DNA of 63,084 bases, counting the filler, from Octopus bimaculoides (taxonomy: Eukaryota): NCBI RefSeq assembly GCF_001194135.2. It is 4 parts of 4 records of this genome, joined end to end, with 100 filler letters (N's around TTAATTAATTAA, not from the genome) between each part and the next. Parts side by side here need not be neighbours in the genome. Positions count along the whole stretch, not along the records: positions 19,322 to 45,627 come from NC_068989.1; positions 45,728 to 58,813 come from NC_068984.1; 2 more parts are not named here. One strand, given 5' to 3'. Below the pieces are notes generated by a model, which was given only the letters and a program-made list of their open reading frames with translations, was not told where the DNA came from and ran no database searches. Position 1 is the stretch's first letter, and each line of letters starts with the position of its first letter. The translations under genes were made by a program, and so were the position numbers. Positions 35,301 to 47,029 of this stretch are shown here, in pieces.

Positions 35301-37563
35301 CACGTTTCTGCCATTCTACATGTGACATCTAGAGGCACCGAACATATACATGTGGCATCTAGTGGCACCGAACACTTAATCTTTGGTCAGTAACTACATG
35401 AGCTTGATAACCTTCTGTCTGAAGACCCTTGCAATTATGTCATGTCTATCTTTTGGCTCTTTGTTTGGGAAGAGTTCATTTTAAATCTCTTTCCAGTTAG
35501 GATTGCAAGTGAAGGTTATGAAGAGGTCTGCTGTAGTGTCTAACATATGTCATTGCATCTTGTATGCACTCATGCATGTACCTTGGGCTTCCTATGAATG
35601 ATGATGGAAGGATGATCAGCTAGCCCATGCTGTTGACGTCATGATCATTCAGCATTGCAGCTTGCAGGTGTGCATATGATTCCACTCTTAGTTTCTTCTG
35701 GTTTAGTCTCAAGTAGAGTAACCGTTCACTTCCAATTTTTGCATACATGTCAACAATGAACTGACTGAAAAGATCCCTACAGTGTAGGATGTGGTTGGAA
35801 TCTTCACTCCTCACTATGATGTGGAATGCATAGAAGTCATTGGATGAGACTCTCTTTGAGGAGTTAGTCTAAGCAATGTTGATGTGGTAACCATCTTGTC
35901 AATAACAGAATGGCAATGAATACTGTAGTGCATCATAGGACCTGTGTGTTTCTGAAATCCTCATCAGTCTGCTGTCTCTGAGATGAAGGGCAATGTCACA
36001 CCTGTCGTGTTCTTGCCTAACCAGAAGCACAGCTATTTCATTTGCTGTTGGCACATTAAACTTCCCTCCATGTCGACCAGCTGGTTTCTTGTCTGACCTA
36101 ATAACTACCTTGTATGTCCTGGAGTCAGTTGGAATTGTTTTAAGTGTAGTCTTGAAGCTTCTGATTAGGTCGTTGTTGTTGTGCAGTATCTTTTGCAGAG
36201 ACACCACAATGTTCATCCTAATGCCAGAAATGTTCTTTCTCTTCTCTTGCCCTTCTTGTTCAGAATCACCCATAAAGTATATTTGTAGGAATTTTGGTAA
36301 CTCATTTGACAGAGGTAGTAGACAGCCAATATGATGATATATCTGCCCTTGAATCTTGAAAGTTTGCATGAATCCTGGCTCAGTTATTTCTCTTGTGGAT
36401 CCAGATAATGTCCTCTGTAGTGCAGCATTGTATTGTCTAATTTTATTTTGGAAGTGCTTAGAATCTTGGTCAGTTGATGACAACAGTTTCTTTAATAGCT
36501 CTGGAGGTTGTGGCATTGCAGGGAGTTTAACCTTTCCACCACAGCAGCACAACCCAGGTGTCTCTCCAGGCCACTTCCTTGCTTTACTCAGTTGTCATTA
36601 CACTAATGGAAACATTAGTGTTATCTGCATGATTAACTGCTGGATCGTAGTTGAAAGATGCTTCATAGAAGTTGCTTCTCTGAGCTGCTGTAACTACTCT
36701 TCTTTCTGTAGTGAAGATCCTATTCCTTGTCACATGTGTATGCATCTGATCAGCAGTTTGAGATGCTTGGGCAGCAGCAGTACACAACTGTTTTTTTTTA
36801 TGCATAACTCTTGTCTCATTATTCTCAGATGCTCTGACTGTTGTAGTGCACAGTCTGTTTCTTTCTTGGTGTGCTTCACTTTTACCAGATGTCTCTCTTT
36901 CTGGTGACAGAGACATTCTTTTGGCTGACCTTGACATTGGGGACAAACTTGACACCTTCCTTCTAGGCATTGTTATTTACGGATACATGGAAAGAGAGGA
37001 AGATAGATAGATATAGATATAACACAGGTTCTGAAATGAAGCATAAGCGGTTATACATACATGTGCGTGTGTAGCTGACATTGAAAAACTGTTTTAAAGA
37101 AGTGAATCATAGACAGAATGGTTGACAGAATGAATAAGAGAATGATAGAATAAGAAATAGAAAATGAGGAAGATAGATATAGAGAGGTATAGATATAACA
37201 TGTTCTGAAATGAAATAGAAGCAGTTATATATACATATGCGTTCACCTGAAAAGTGAACGCAGGTTCTGAAATGAAATAGAAGTGGTTATACATATATGT
37301 GCATGTCTAGGTAGCAGTAAACATTGAAAAACCTGTTGCTACGTCAATACTAGACATTGGAAAACTTTTTTAAAGAAGTGATTCATATATAAAGCAATAT
37401 TATTTGATTTAGTTTTAATAATAAAAAAAAAATAAATGAAGACCCCATTATGTATCTGAGGTCAAATTATTTATGCACCCTAAATATGGAACCAATTCAT
37501 GCACCCGTTTTAGCGTTAAAAGCGAATACACACACACACAGGTCTGTTTTATATAATAGAAGA
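32346..37563 (-). mobile_element. Helitron with both termini (about 5.2 kb), formerly autonomous
   Basis: 5' A|TCTTCTTATATATAAAAC at 37563; 3' CTAG|T at 32346 with a subterminal hairpin ACCCAG-N6-CTGGGT (32357-32374); AT target, no TSD; RepHel remnants inside. Confidence 0.92.
32563..36970 (-). pseudogene. Helitron Rep/PIF1 helicase (RepHel) pseudogene
   Basis: DLFITFTCNPNW, VEWQKRGLPHVHILLWL (HUH), KYVCKYVNKGSD, FFLDAPGGTGKT (Walker A), [30 protein letters not shown]; many stops and frameshifts. Confidence 0.95.
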
Positions 37564-37570
37564 TAAAAGA

Positions 37571-37615
<45 letters not shown>

Positions 37616-37810
37616 AATAAGTTTAAAATAATGGTCATTACATATAATTCCTTTATTAGGGCAAATTTGGCTTACAGCTGTTTCCAGAAGTCGTTATAGA
37701 TTTACTCAATTGAGGAAAAATTGAATGACCTAAGAAAATTAATGCTACTTTTGTCAAAGCCATTGCTGGAAATAACAAGCAGAGCACTTAAAGAATGGCT
37801 CACTATTTGT

Positions 37811-37844
<34 letters not shown>

Positions 37845-37920
37845 GATATATGTCAATAACACCTTATAAGGAGGTGCTTTATCCATTCACCAAAGTGAAT
37901 GAAGCCTTGACCAGGAGGAA

Positions 37921-40175
37921 CTGATGTCGTCAGACAGTATCCGATATTCATCAGGTGTTTTGAATCTGAACCCTAACACTCTCCCATTGGTGGGTCAGCA
38001 GAGGTGGCCAAGTCACTGTTCTTCATCCCCTCCTGGCTTCTCTCTTACTCCAAAGCCAACAAGAGGCTCTTTCAGTAGCCTCTCAGTTGCACAACCACCC
38101 TTCACTCCTTACCTCTCATTCCAACTGCTGTAAGCATCCTCTATACTGACTCAGCAGGGAATCCCCTACAACCAACCTCAACTGGGAAAAGCCATACCTG
38201 CCATCCCTTCTCCCTGCAATCCTGCAGAAGGCTCTCATATTTGGCATGCTTCCATTCGTGAGCCTCATCATACTCCTCTTCCCATGGGACTGTTAATTTA
38301 ATTACGATAATTTTTTTTTTTTTCCTTTTCAGACCACAGGACTACATCTGGCCTCAGGGTTGTATGGATGACCTGGGGAAACTGCAATCCCTCCCCTGAG
38401 TCCACTTTCATATCCCATGGTCAAGATTCTTGCAGCAAGCTATGTATTGTTTTTACTGACTTTACTGGTCTCTCTCCTTCTTTCACGAACTTAATTGCTG
38501 CTGTTGCCTTCCCTTGGTGATGGTGTTTCTTATGCTTTTCCTACTCCCAGGTGTGAGCAAGTGTTGTAAGCACCCTATTATGGTGCCATTTATATCTGCC
38601 TTGAGAAAGTGCTACTCTGTACTCTGCCAAGATGTGTGCGAGAGTGCTTCTTTCTCCACAAAGTCTACACTGCTGGTCTTCACTCAAACCCTTTCTGTGC
38701 AGGTTTGTTGGTGTCGTGAGTGTGTTGTACACTGTCTGCAGCAGGAAGGAGATGCGAAAAGATTCCAGCCACCACAGGTCAGTCCATGTAAGCTTCATCT
38801 TAGGGAGATTCCATTTAGTCCATGCACCCTGAGATACCAACTTCACAGCTCTTGATTTTCTTCTTTACTGGTACTGCACCGCTTCCTGGGCTATAACCTG
38901 CTTCTCCCTGGTGTCTGCTTTCTTCCATTGTTAGAAATAGGAAGAACTGAGACCCTGGTGACTCTGCATGTAACTCCAATGATGTCAAGTAGCTCCAGCA
39001 TCTCTTCAGCCTGAGCAACTGTGACACTAGCTACCCACTTTCGCCCAGACCTGCTTGTCTAACAAGCTCGTCCTTAGAGTCTCTATACATTATTACAACA
39101 TTACATTTTGATACTTTAAATTCCTCCACTATGGACAACAGGGGAAGTTACAGCTGTCCTGATCTTATGTACAGACCTATTGAAGTGAAGCTTAGGGGAA
39201 CACCTAACCATCTTCGGAGGTATTTATTTATCTTTCTCTCCACCCTTTCCGCACTTGTCATCAGAGTATCATACTGTGTCAACAACCATATAAGCCTTGG
39301 GAGCAGTCCATGTTGGTAGAACCATACCCTGAACTTTCCTGGAAGCCCTGATCTATCAATCCTCATCAGCCACTCCCCTGCTGGTTTTTCAATGTTGGTG
39401 ACATTGCTTCTGTCTGACAGCGACTTGTCAAACATCTTTTCAAAGCATTTAATAGGATTTTCCTCTGTTGATGAAATCGCCTCTTCTTGCACTTGCAGCT
39501 TGATTTTGTTGATTACTTTGCACCCCCCCCCCCATCACCATGCTTCTCGATTTTGGGGGCTTAAGCCTCATTCTTGCCCACGTCGCCATGTGTTCTAGTG
39601 AAGTCAGCACCCTTTCTGCATCCACATGGATTGCAGTTGTTACCGTAATATCATCCTTATTGGGTGCTGACAGCTGCCTGATTCCATTGTTGGTCCTTGG
39701 GCTTCTCTGTCAGCAGTTGATATGAGGAGATTCATGATGAAAAGAATGGGGGAAATAGTGCACCCAGTTATGATCCCTTTCTCAAGGTCTTGCCACTGAG
39801 TTGTAAAATGGGTTGTTGTGAAACGTGACTAGATGCCTCCAAAATAACTGCTGATTATTCCCTTGATATGGGGGGAATATGATAGCAGTCAAGAGCTGCA
39901 CATATGAGGGCATGAGGAATTGATCTGTATGCATTTTCCAGATCCAGCCAAACCACTGTCAACTTACTTTTACTTCTCTTAGCTTCCTGAATCAACGGAC
40001 TAAGAATTCCTGTATATTCCAGACATCCTGAGAAACCTGGAACCCCACATTTCTGGATAGATGTGTTTATATACCCTTCTCAGTCATGTATGATGTCATC
40101 CTTTTAACCAGTACAGAAAAGATTTTCCCCTCAACACTCTGGAGGGAGATGGCCCTGAACTGATTAACAGCTATG
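37921..40175 (-). mobile_element. 5'-truncated Hero-clade non-LTR retrotransposon (RT, zinc knuckle, restriction-like endonuclease), decayed
   Basis: QFRAISLQSVEGKIF, VVWLDLENAYRSIPH, GIITGCTISPILF, CRLCG..LAHI, LRPDVVLWSE, LTVPWEE, PVEVGCRGF, ASCWLWSKR. Confidence 0.9.
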
Positions 40176-40184
40176 GAGTTTTCT

Positions 40185-40250
<66 letters not shown>

Positions 40251-40616
40251 NNNNNNNNNNNNNNNNNNNNNNNNNNNNNNNNNNNNNNNNNNNNNNNNNN
40301 NNNNNNNNNNNNNNNNNNNNNNNNNNNNNNNNNNNNNNNNNNNNNNNNNNNNNNNNNNNNNNNNNNNNNNNNNNNNNNNNNNNNNNNNNNNNNNNNNNNN
40401 NNNNNNNNNNNNNNNNNNNNNNNNNNNNNNNNNNNNNNNNNNNNNNNNNNNNNNNNNNNNNNNNNNNNNNNNNNNNNNNNNNNNNNNNNNNNNNNNNNNN
40501 NNNNNNNNNNNNNNNNNNNNNNNNNNNNNNNNNNNNNNNNNNNNNNNNNNNNNNNNNNNNNNNNNNNNNNNNNNNNNNNNNNNNNNNNNNNNNNNNNNNN
40601 NNNNNNNNNNNNNNNN

Positions 40617-40648
<32 letters not shown>

Positions 40649-40650
40649 TA

Positions 40651-41458
40651 CAGGAGGATCAGGCTAAATTTGGTGGGTTTTTATGCCTCCTTTTTTCAGA
40701 AACAGCTTGATGTATTGGTGAACAGTCAACAACATTGGAGAGCATAAAGATCAAAGTTATAGTTGAGAAAAACTAGCTGAGATAGAAGACTGAGAACCAT
40801 CTGAATATTGGAAAAGATTATTTGTGCTGGGTATCAAAAGGCTGCTATCATGACTGTTGCTCAATGCTCTGTAAACACTGTAAAGGCTTTAATCATGACA
40901 TGGACAGCTGTAATGAACACTATGAAGCCATGGCCAGCAAGTGTTCTGACTGTGTCTGTATGCTAGAATTCATACAGCATCTTTGAACTGGGTCTTAGGT
41001 CTCAATTCAGATGGCCATGGGAAGTTGCTGGAAGGCCATGTATAGCAGCAGGATTCGACTGTTTACATCTGGAAAAAGTCAGAAGTGGTTGTCAGAGAAT
41101 GTCTACAACTTCACCAGCCCCAATTTCTGACCTCCTAATTCCCTTAATTGTATTCCCATGGATTACTATGTGTGTGCCACAGTTGAGCCTGCAACACCAA
41201 GGCCAAGATGGTGGGCAAGATCAAGGTATTTGAAGATTTTCCCAGGGACAAAAGGAGGAATGCATGTACCAGGTTCTGGAGCCATCTTCAGGCCATGGTG
41301 GAAGTTGAGGGCAGCTACTTTGAGTAAACTGTTATCACCCAAACATAACCTAATTGAAACTTCTTGATTTTTTTAACAAAAGTAGTTTTATTTTTGGATT
41401 GGATATTGTGCTTTCTTTTCTTTTTATGCAAACTGTTGACTTTAGCCCAAACACCCTG
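40651..41458 (+). mobile_element. Internally deleted DD37D (maT)-like transposon
   Basis: TA-flanked degenerate TIRs CAGG...GGCTAAA / TTTAGCC...CCTG; QQDST...SQKWLSEN...PPNS...PMDYYV. Confidence 0.75.
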
Positions 41459-41786
41459 TATGAGTGAGTGGGCAAATGAAAGAAAAAAGCACTCAGTACT
41501 TTTAGTAGAAGTTACATGTATCTATCTATCTATATCATATCTATGTGTGTGTGTGTGTGTTTGTGTATGTATATTTATCATCATCAGTTTTATGTCCACT
41601 TTTCCATACTCGCATGGGGTGAACAGAATTTGTTGAAGCAGATTTTCTAGTCAGAAACCTTTCCTCTTGATAATCCTCATCTGTTTCCAAGCAAAGACAT
41701 TTTCTTGCAGAATACTGGAAGTAAATTTCACTGCTTGTATGACAATGACAATCATTTTACAACCATTATGCAATGCCAAAACAAAG

Positions 41787-41846
<60 letters not shown>

Positions 41847-42424
41847 CAGTCTTCTTTAAGTTTGTCTACCAAATCCACTCATAAGATTTTGGTCAGCCCA
41901 TTGCTATAATACAAGGCAATGGTCAAGGTGCTACACAGTAGGACTAAATTTGGAATGATGTGGTTGGGAAACAAATTTATAACTACACATTCATGCCTGC
42001 ACTTATAAATATATATGCAGTATATCTGCCTTTTAGCAGTTGAAATATGTGACAAGCATATTTCAACTTACCTAATTCTGCTCATACATAAACATTGCTT
42101 AACACTAATAATTCTGTTATTTTCCTTTGATTGGGTGATCTACTAGTGCAAATCAGTCAATGTGTTGACTGAATTATACATGAAGCGGTAGCTTTATAAG
42201 TCTGTTTAGGTACATCTCATCGAAAATAGCCAAGAAGCTTGAATCAGTCAGAGATTCCTAATAGATGGTGACACTGAACAGACTGGGTGTTTTTACACCT
42301 TTTTACAATAAGAGAGATTTTTTCTGTATGGCAACCGCAGTGTATTTACCTTTTAACAGTTGAAATATGTGACAAACATATTTCAACTTACAAATATATA
42401 TATGAGCAGAATTAGTTATGTATA

Positions 42425-42680
42425 TCATCACCATCACCATTTAACACCTGGTTTCCATGCTTGCATGAGTTGGACGATTTGACAGGGAACTGGAAAATAG
42501 CAGCACTGCATCAAGCTATCATGTCATCTTTGGCATGATTTCTATGGCTGGATGCCCTTCCTAATGCCAACCACTTTACAGAGTGTACTGGCTACTTTTT
42601 TGTGTGCCACTGGCACTACCACTACACAGAGTGTACCGCATGCTTTTTTCATGCTACTGGCACTAGTAAGGTTGTCATGT
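42425..42680 (-). mobile_element. Old RTE-type 3' tail
   Basis: TTTCCATGCTTGCATGAGTTGGACG...GGATGCCCTTCCTAATGCCAACCAC. Confidence 0.75.
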
Positions 42681-43391
42681 AATTTGCGAGACAGAAAAGA
42701 ATAGAAGATGGGAAGGAAAGGGAGGAAAAAGCTCCCACTGTTAAGAAGAAGCATTTGGGAGGGGAAAGTAGAGGTGTATGTCACATGTTGAAAGACTAAA
42801 GTATGATAGGGGAACAAGCACAGGTATCTTATTATGGAGGTGATACATGGCTGAAGGAGAGAAGAGGAAAATAGTGATGGGGTGCTAGAGTAAACTCTCA
42901 AAGAAAAGAAACAAAGTGAGCATAAGAGGGCAAGAATAGTGGATCCTAGGAAGGTATGAAAGAAAGTGAATGCTTTTGTAAGAGTGAATATAGTTGGATA
43001 TAGAGGTTAATGTAATGAATGAAAAATAAGGGTAGGGTTGCAAATGAAAAATACAAATATGCAGAGTGGTAATGAGGGAGATATAGGAGTGGCTCAGGAA
43101 GGAGAATAGAACAGAAAGTCATAGAACCATGTGTAAGGTGTAGGAGCTATGGAGAGAGATAGGGATACCTAAGAGGCTCTCATATGTGGGTTTATGATGG
43201 TAGATATGGAAGGGTATTGAGAATGATAGTAGATAGAAGAAGTGTTTAGAATTGAGCATAACAGAGGTGGGAAAGGGCAGTGGCTAAAGGCACAGAAAGG
43301 AGGTGATTGGTTGAAATGGTGTGAGTAGGGTTTTGGGGGATGAGCATGGAAGGTGTGTGCATGTGTATATATATATGTATATGTATATATA

Positions 43392-43965
43392 TCATCATCA
43401 TCATCGTTTAACATCTGTTTTCCATGCTGGTATGGATTGGGCGGTTTGACTGGGGACTGGTAAGCCAGGAGGCTGCACCAGGCTCCAATCTGATCTGGCA
43501 AGGTTTCTACAGCTGGATGCCCTTCCTAACACCAATCACTCCGAGAGTGCAATGGATGCTTTTTACGTGCCACTGGCATGGTAGCCAGTCAGGCAACACT
43601 GGCATCGACCACATTCAGATGGTGCTTCTTACATGCCATTGGCACGGGGAGCCAGTCAGGTGGCACTGGCATCAACCCACACATGAATGGTGCTTATTGC
43701 ATGCCACCAGCACAGGAGCCAGCTAGGCGGTACTGGCATTGGCCACAACTACAATTTCCATTTTGAGTTCAATTTGATTGTGTTTCTGATTGTAATTTTG
43801 ATTTTACTTGATTCAATAGGTCTCCTCAAGTATGGCATGTTGCCTGACAATTCAAAGGTACTTTTTAAATGGGCTGGTTATGCGACACTGGTATAGGCTA
43901 TGGCTGTGATCTCACTTTACTTGCTGGGTCTTCTCAATCACAGCATATCTCCAGAGATCTATCTA
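43392..43965 (-). mobile_element. RTE LINE ORF2 end plus 3' UTR
   Basis: Reverse complement gives DLWRYAV, then UTR modules and a (GAT)n tail. Confidence 0.8.
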
Positions 43966-44065
43966 TATATATATATACAGATAGATAGATAGATACACAC
44001 ACATACACATATATAAATAGCCAAGGGACTGCCTCTTCGGAAAGCAACATATATGTGTGTGTAAT

Positions 44066-45050
44066 GCATTTCGGTTGTGTGCCTAGAAGAAGCACTACTG
44101 ATGCTATCTTCCTGGTAAGGCAACTGCGAGAGAAGGATTTAGCCAAGAATAGACCTCTGTACCTGGTTTTTGTTGACATGGAAACAACCTTTGATAGAGT
44201 CCTCTGCTCCTTCATCTGGTGGGCAATGTGAAAGCTAGGGATAGATGAGTAGTTGTTGAGGACTGTACAAGCCATGTATAGGGATGCTGTCAGTAAGGTA
44301 AAGGTCAGCATCGAGTATAGTAAGGAATTTAATGTACAAGTAGGGGTTCACCAAGAATCAGTTCTCAGCCCCATCTTGTTTATCATAGTCCTCTAGGCCA
44401 TAACAGAAGAATTTGAGATTAGCTGTCCTTGGGAGTTCCTCTATGCTGATGATCTTGTTCTTATAGCTGAATCACTACCTGAGCTAGAGGAGAAATTCAA
44501 AGTGTGGAAGCAAGGTCTGGAATCAAAGAGTTAAATTAGCAAAGACCAAAGTCCTAGTACATAGGGAAACATACAAATCACAAATCCCTTCAGGTAGATG
44601 GCCATTCTCAATAGGTAGGAAAGGTGATGGTAGAAACACCATACAGTGCAAGCTATGAACACATAAGAAGTGCAGTGGTATCATAGGAAGGTTAACAGAG
44701 AAAATTGTCTTTGCGTGTGACAGATGTGTGGGTATATTAAACACTAAGAATGTACAGAGAATAGACTTCCTCAAGTGTCTGGGGAGATCCTTAGAAGTAG
44801 TAGATGGCTTCTATTACCTAGGTGACGAAGTTCTGAAAGCGTAGTTGCTAGAATAAGAACAGGCTGGGCAAAGTTCAGAGAGCTACTACCTTTGTTGATA
44901 ACAAAGGGTCTCTCTCTCAGAGTGAAAGGCAAATTGTATGATGCTGGTGTACAAACAGCTGTGTTACATGGCAGTGAAACATGGGCTGACTATAGAGGAT
45001 ACACAAAGGCTTGAAAGAAATGAAGTTAGCATACTCTACTGGATAGGTGA
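44066..45050 (+). pseudogene. RTE-clade reverse transcriptase fragment
   Basis: RSTTDAIFLVRQL, LYLVFVDMETTFDRV, GVHQESVLSPILF, LYADDLVLIAE, LHGSETW; in-frame stops. Confidence 0.92.
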
Positions 45051-45377
45051 CTAGGTTTTTCTTTTTTTTTTTGTATAATTGCTTAATACCTAAGTTCCTG
45101 GTTTTGTTTGAAAATACAAATACATTTTTGAAGGATTTTATTCCATATAAGTCTATTACTAAAAGTTACATGTGTATAAGTATGCAGTTATAAGAAATGA
45201 GACATCCACAAATAAACATAACAACTGTATTTCAATTCCAGCTAATGGAACACATTCTATGAGTGAAGTTTTCATGTTTATTACAGATGTATTGATTGGT
45301 AACTTAGGAAAAATACTAATGAATAAGTAAACACCATTGTCATATGTGGAGGTTTTACTAGCTAAATTTTTGTGACA

Positions 45378-45627
45378 TCATCATCATCATCATCATCGTT
45401 TAACGTCCGCTTTCCATGCTAGCATGGGTTGGACGACTTGACTGAGGACTGGTGAAACCGGATGGCAACACCAGGCTCCAATCTAAATTTGGCAGAGTTT
45501 CTACAGCTGGATGCCCTTCCTAACGCCAACCACTCAGAGAGTGTAGTAGGTGCTTTTACGTGTCACCTGCACGAAGGCCAGTCAGGCGATACTGGCAACG
45601 GCCACACTCGAAATGGTGTCTTTTATG
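45378..45627 (-). mobile_element. RTE 3' UTR tail (young copy, cut by join)
   Basis: Close match to the reverse complement of 32126-32308. Confidence 0.9.
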
Positions 45628-45727
45628 NNNNNNNNNNNNNNNNNNNNNNNNNNNNNNNNNNNNNNNNNNNNTTAATTAATTAANNNNNNNNNNNNNNNNN
45701 NNNNNNNNNNNNNNNNNNNNNNNNNNN
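45628..45727. other. Assembly join spacer N44-TTAATTAATTAA-N44
   Basis: 12-mer at 45672-45683. Confidence 0.95.
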
Positions 45728-45929
45728 CTGGCTTTAAGGATATCGTGAAAGACCTGGTTGGAAGCCCAACCTTCTGAGTTCTTTTACAAGGGATAAAAAA
45801 ATCTGAAGGACTACTGCAATAAATGTGTGAACCTGAGAGGGGAATATGTTGAATAAAATCATAATTAACTGATCCTCCTGCATTTTCTTTTACCCCAAGC
45901 CAGAAACTTTTCAGCCCCCCCCCCCCCAT
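45728..45929 (+). mobile_element. Mariner-derived MITE, left end lost in gap
   Basis: Colinear with 60739-60954; right TIR AAGCCAGAAACTTTTCAGCCCCC. Confidence 0.8.
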
Positions 45930-46532
45930 ATATATTTCCAAATTAGTTTGAGTGTTGCAGTGTAAATTATATTATTTCCTATGTTCCTAGACTAGCTAAT
46001 TCATTTAACTTTTAATTGAGGATATTATAATTATGTTTTATTACTGGATCAGTGAGGGTATTTATGTTCATTTCTAGTTAACCTTTTAATGCGCCCTGCA
46101 TTAAACAGGTTAACACTAATTTCATTATAGTTATTCATGTGAATGACATTTCTAAATCATTCTTCTCTAGGCCATTTTATTTTCTCATTTCAATCATCAT
46201 AGAATGTTAGATAATTACTCAGTGTACTTACTTCAGCAAAGTATAATGAAAGCAATCTCTTATTGATGAGGTCAGGATAATATCAAAACATGTCCCAAGT
46301 TCTCTCTCATACTTTCTAGGTTGCCTAAAACGTTTCTTTCGCCTCATTATTATTTCCTACTTTTAGTATTTTGTTCAGTTTTAAATAATGATCAGATATT
46401 CTTTTATTCATTTATTCATTTCAGACATGCTGCTGCATTCAGATTGGAGCACCACCATGATATGTCTATAACATTAAGATTCCTGTATAATTTTTTCTTT
46501 TATTTGTATCTGTTTTACTATCAAGTTTATTG

Positions 46533-46743
46533 CTCTTTTACTTGTTTCAGTCATTTGACTGCGGCCATGCTGGAGCACCGCCTTTAGTCGAGCAAATCGA
46601 CCCCAGGACTTATTCTTTGTAAGCCTAGTACTTATTCTATCGGTCTCTTTTGCCGAACTGCTAAGTTCTGGGGACGTAAACACACCAGCATCGGTTGTCA
46701 AGCGATGTTGGGGGGACAAACACAGACACAGAAACACACACAC

Positions 46744-46776
<33 letters not shown>

Positions 46777-46936
46777 CGACAGGCGTCTTTCAGTTTCTGT
46801 CTACCAAATCCACTCACAAGGCTTTGGTCGGCCCGAGGCTATAGTAGAAGACACTTGCTCAAGGTGCCACGCAGTGGGACTGAACCCAGAATCATGTGGT
46901 TGGTAAGCAAACTACTTACCACACAGCCACTCTCGC
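46533..46936 (-). mobile_element. Full-length SINE family A
   Basis: Complete head, internal TA/CA microsatellite, body and tail. Confidence 0.93.
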
Positions 46937-47029
46937 AAGTCTAACATGTTTAATTCTTTATCTCTATCTACTTCTTTACAGAAGATATTGTGTCTAGTTA
47001 GTTTTCTTCTCTTTATGAGAGCCTTATCA

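Noticed and set aside
42690-43380. Purine-rich stretch that might be a decayed LINE
   Set aside because: No diagnostic motif could be read in any frame.
43392-45050. Twin-priming 5' inversion of a single RTE insertion
   Set aside because: The topology fits, but about 100 bp of non-element microsatellite separates the parts, about 270 bp of consensus is missing, and no TSD is visible; independent insertions are simpler.
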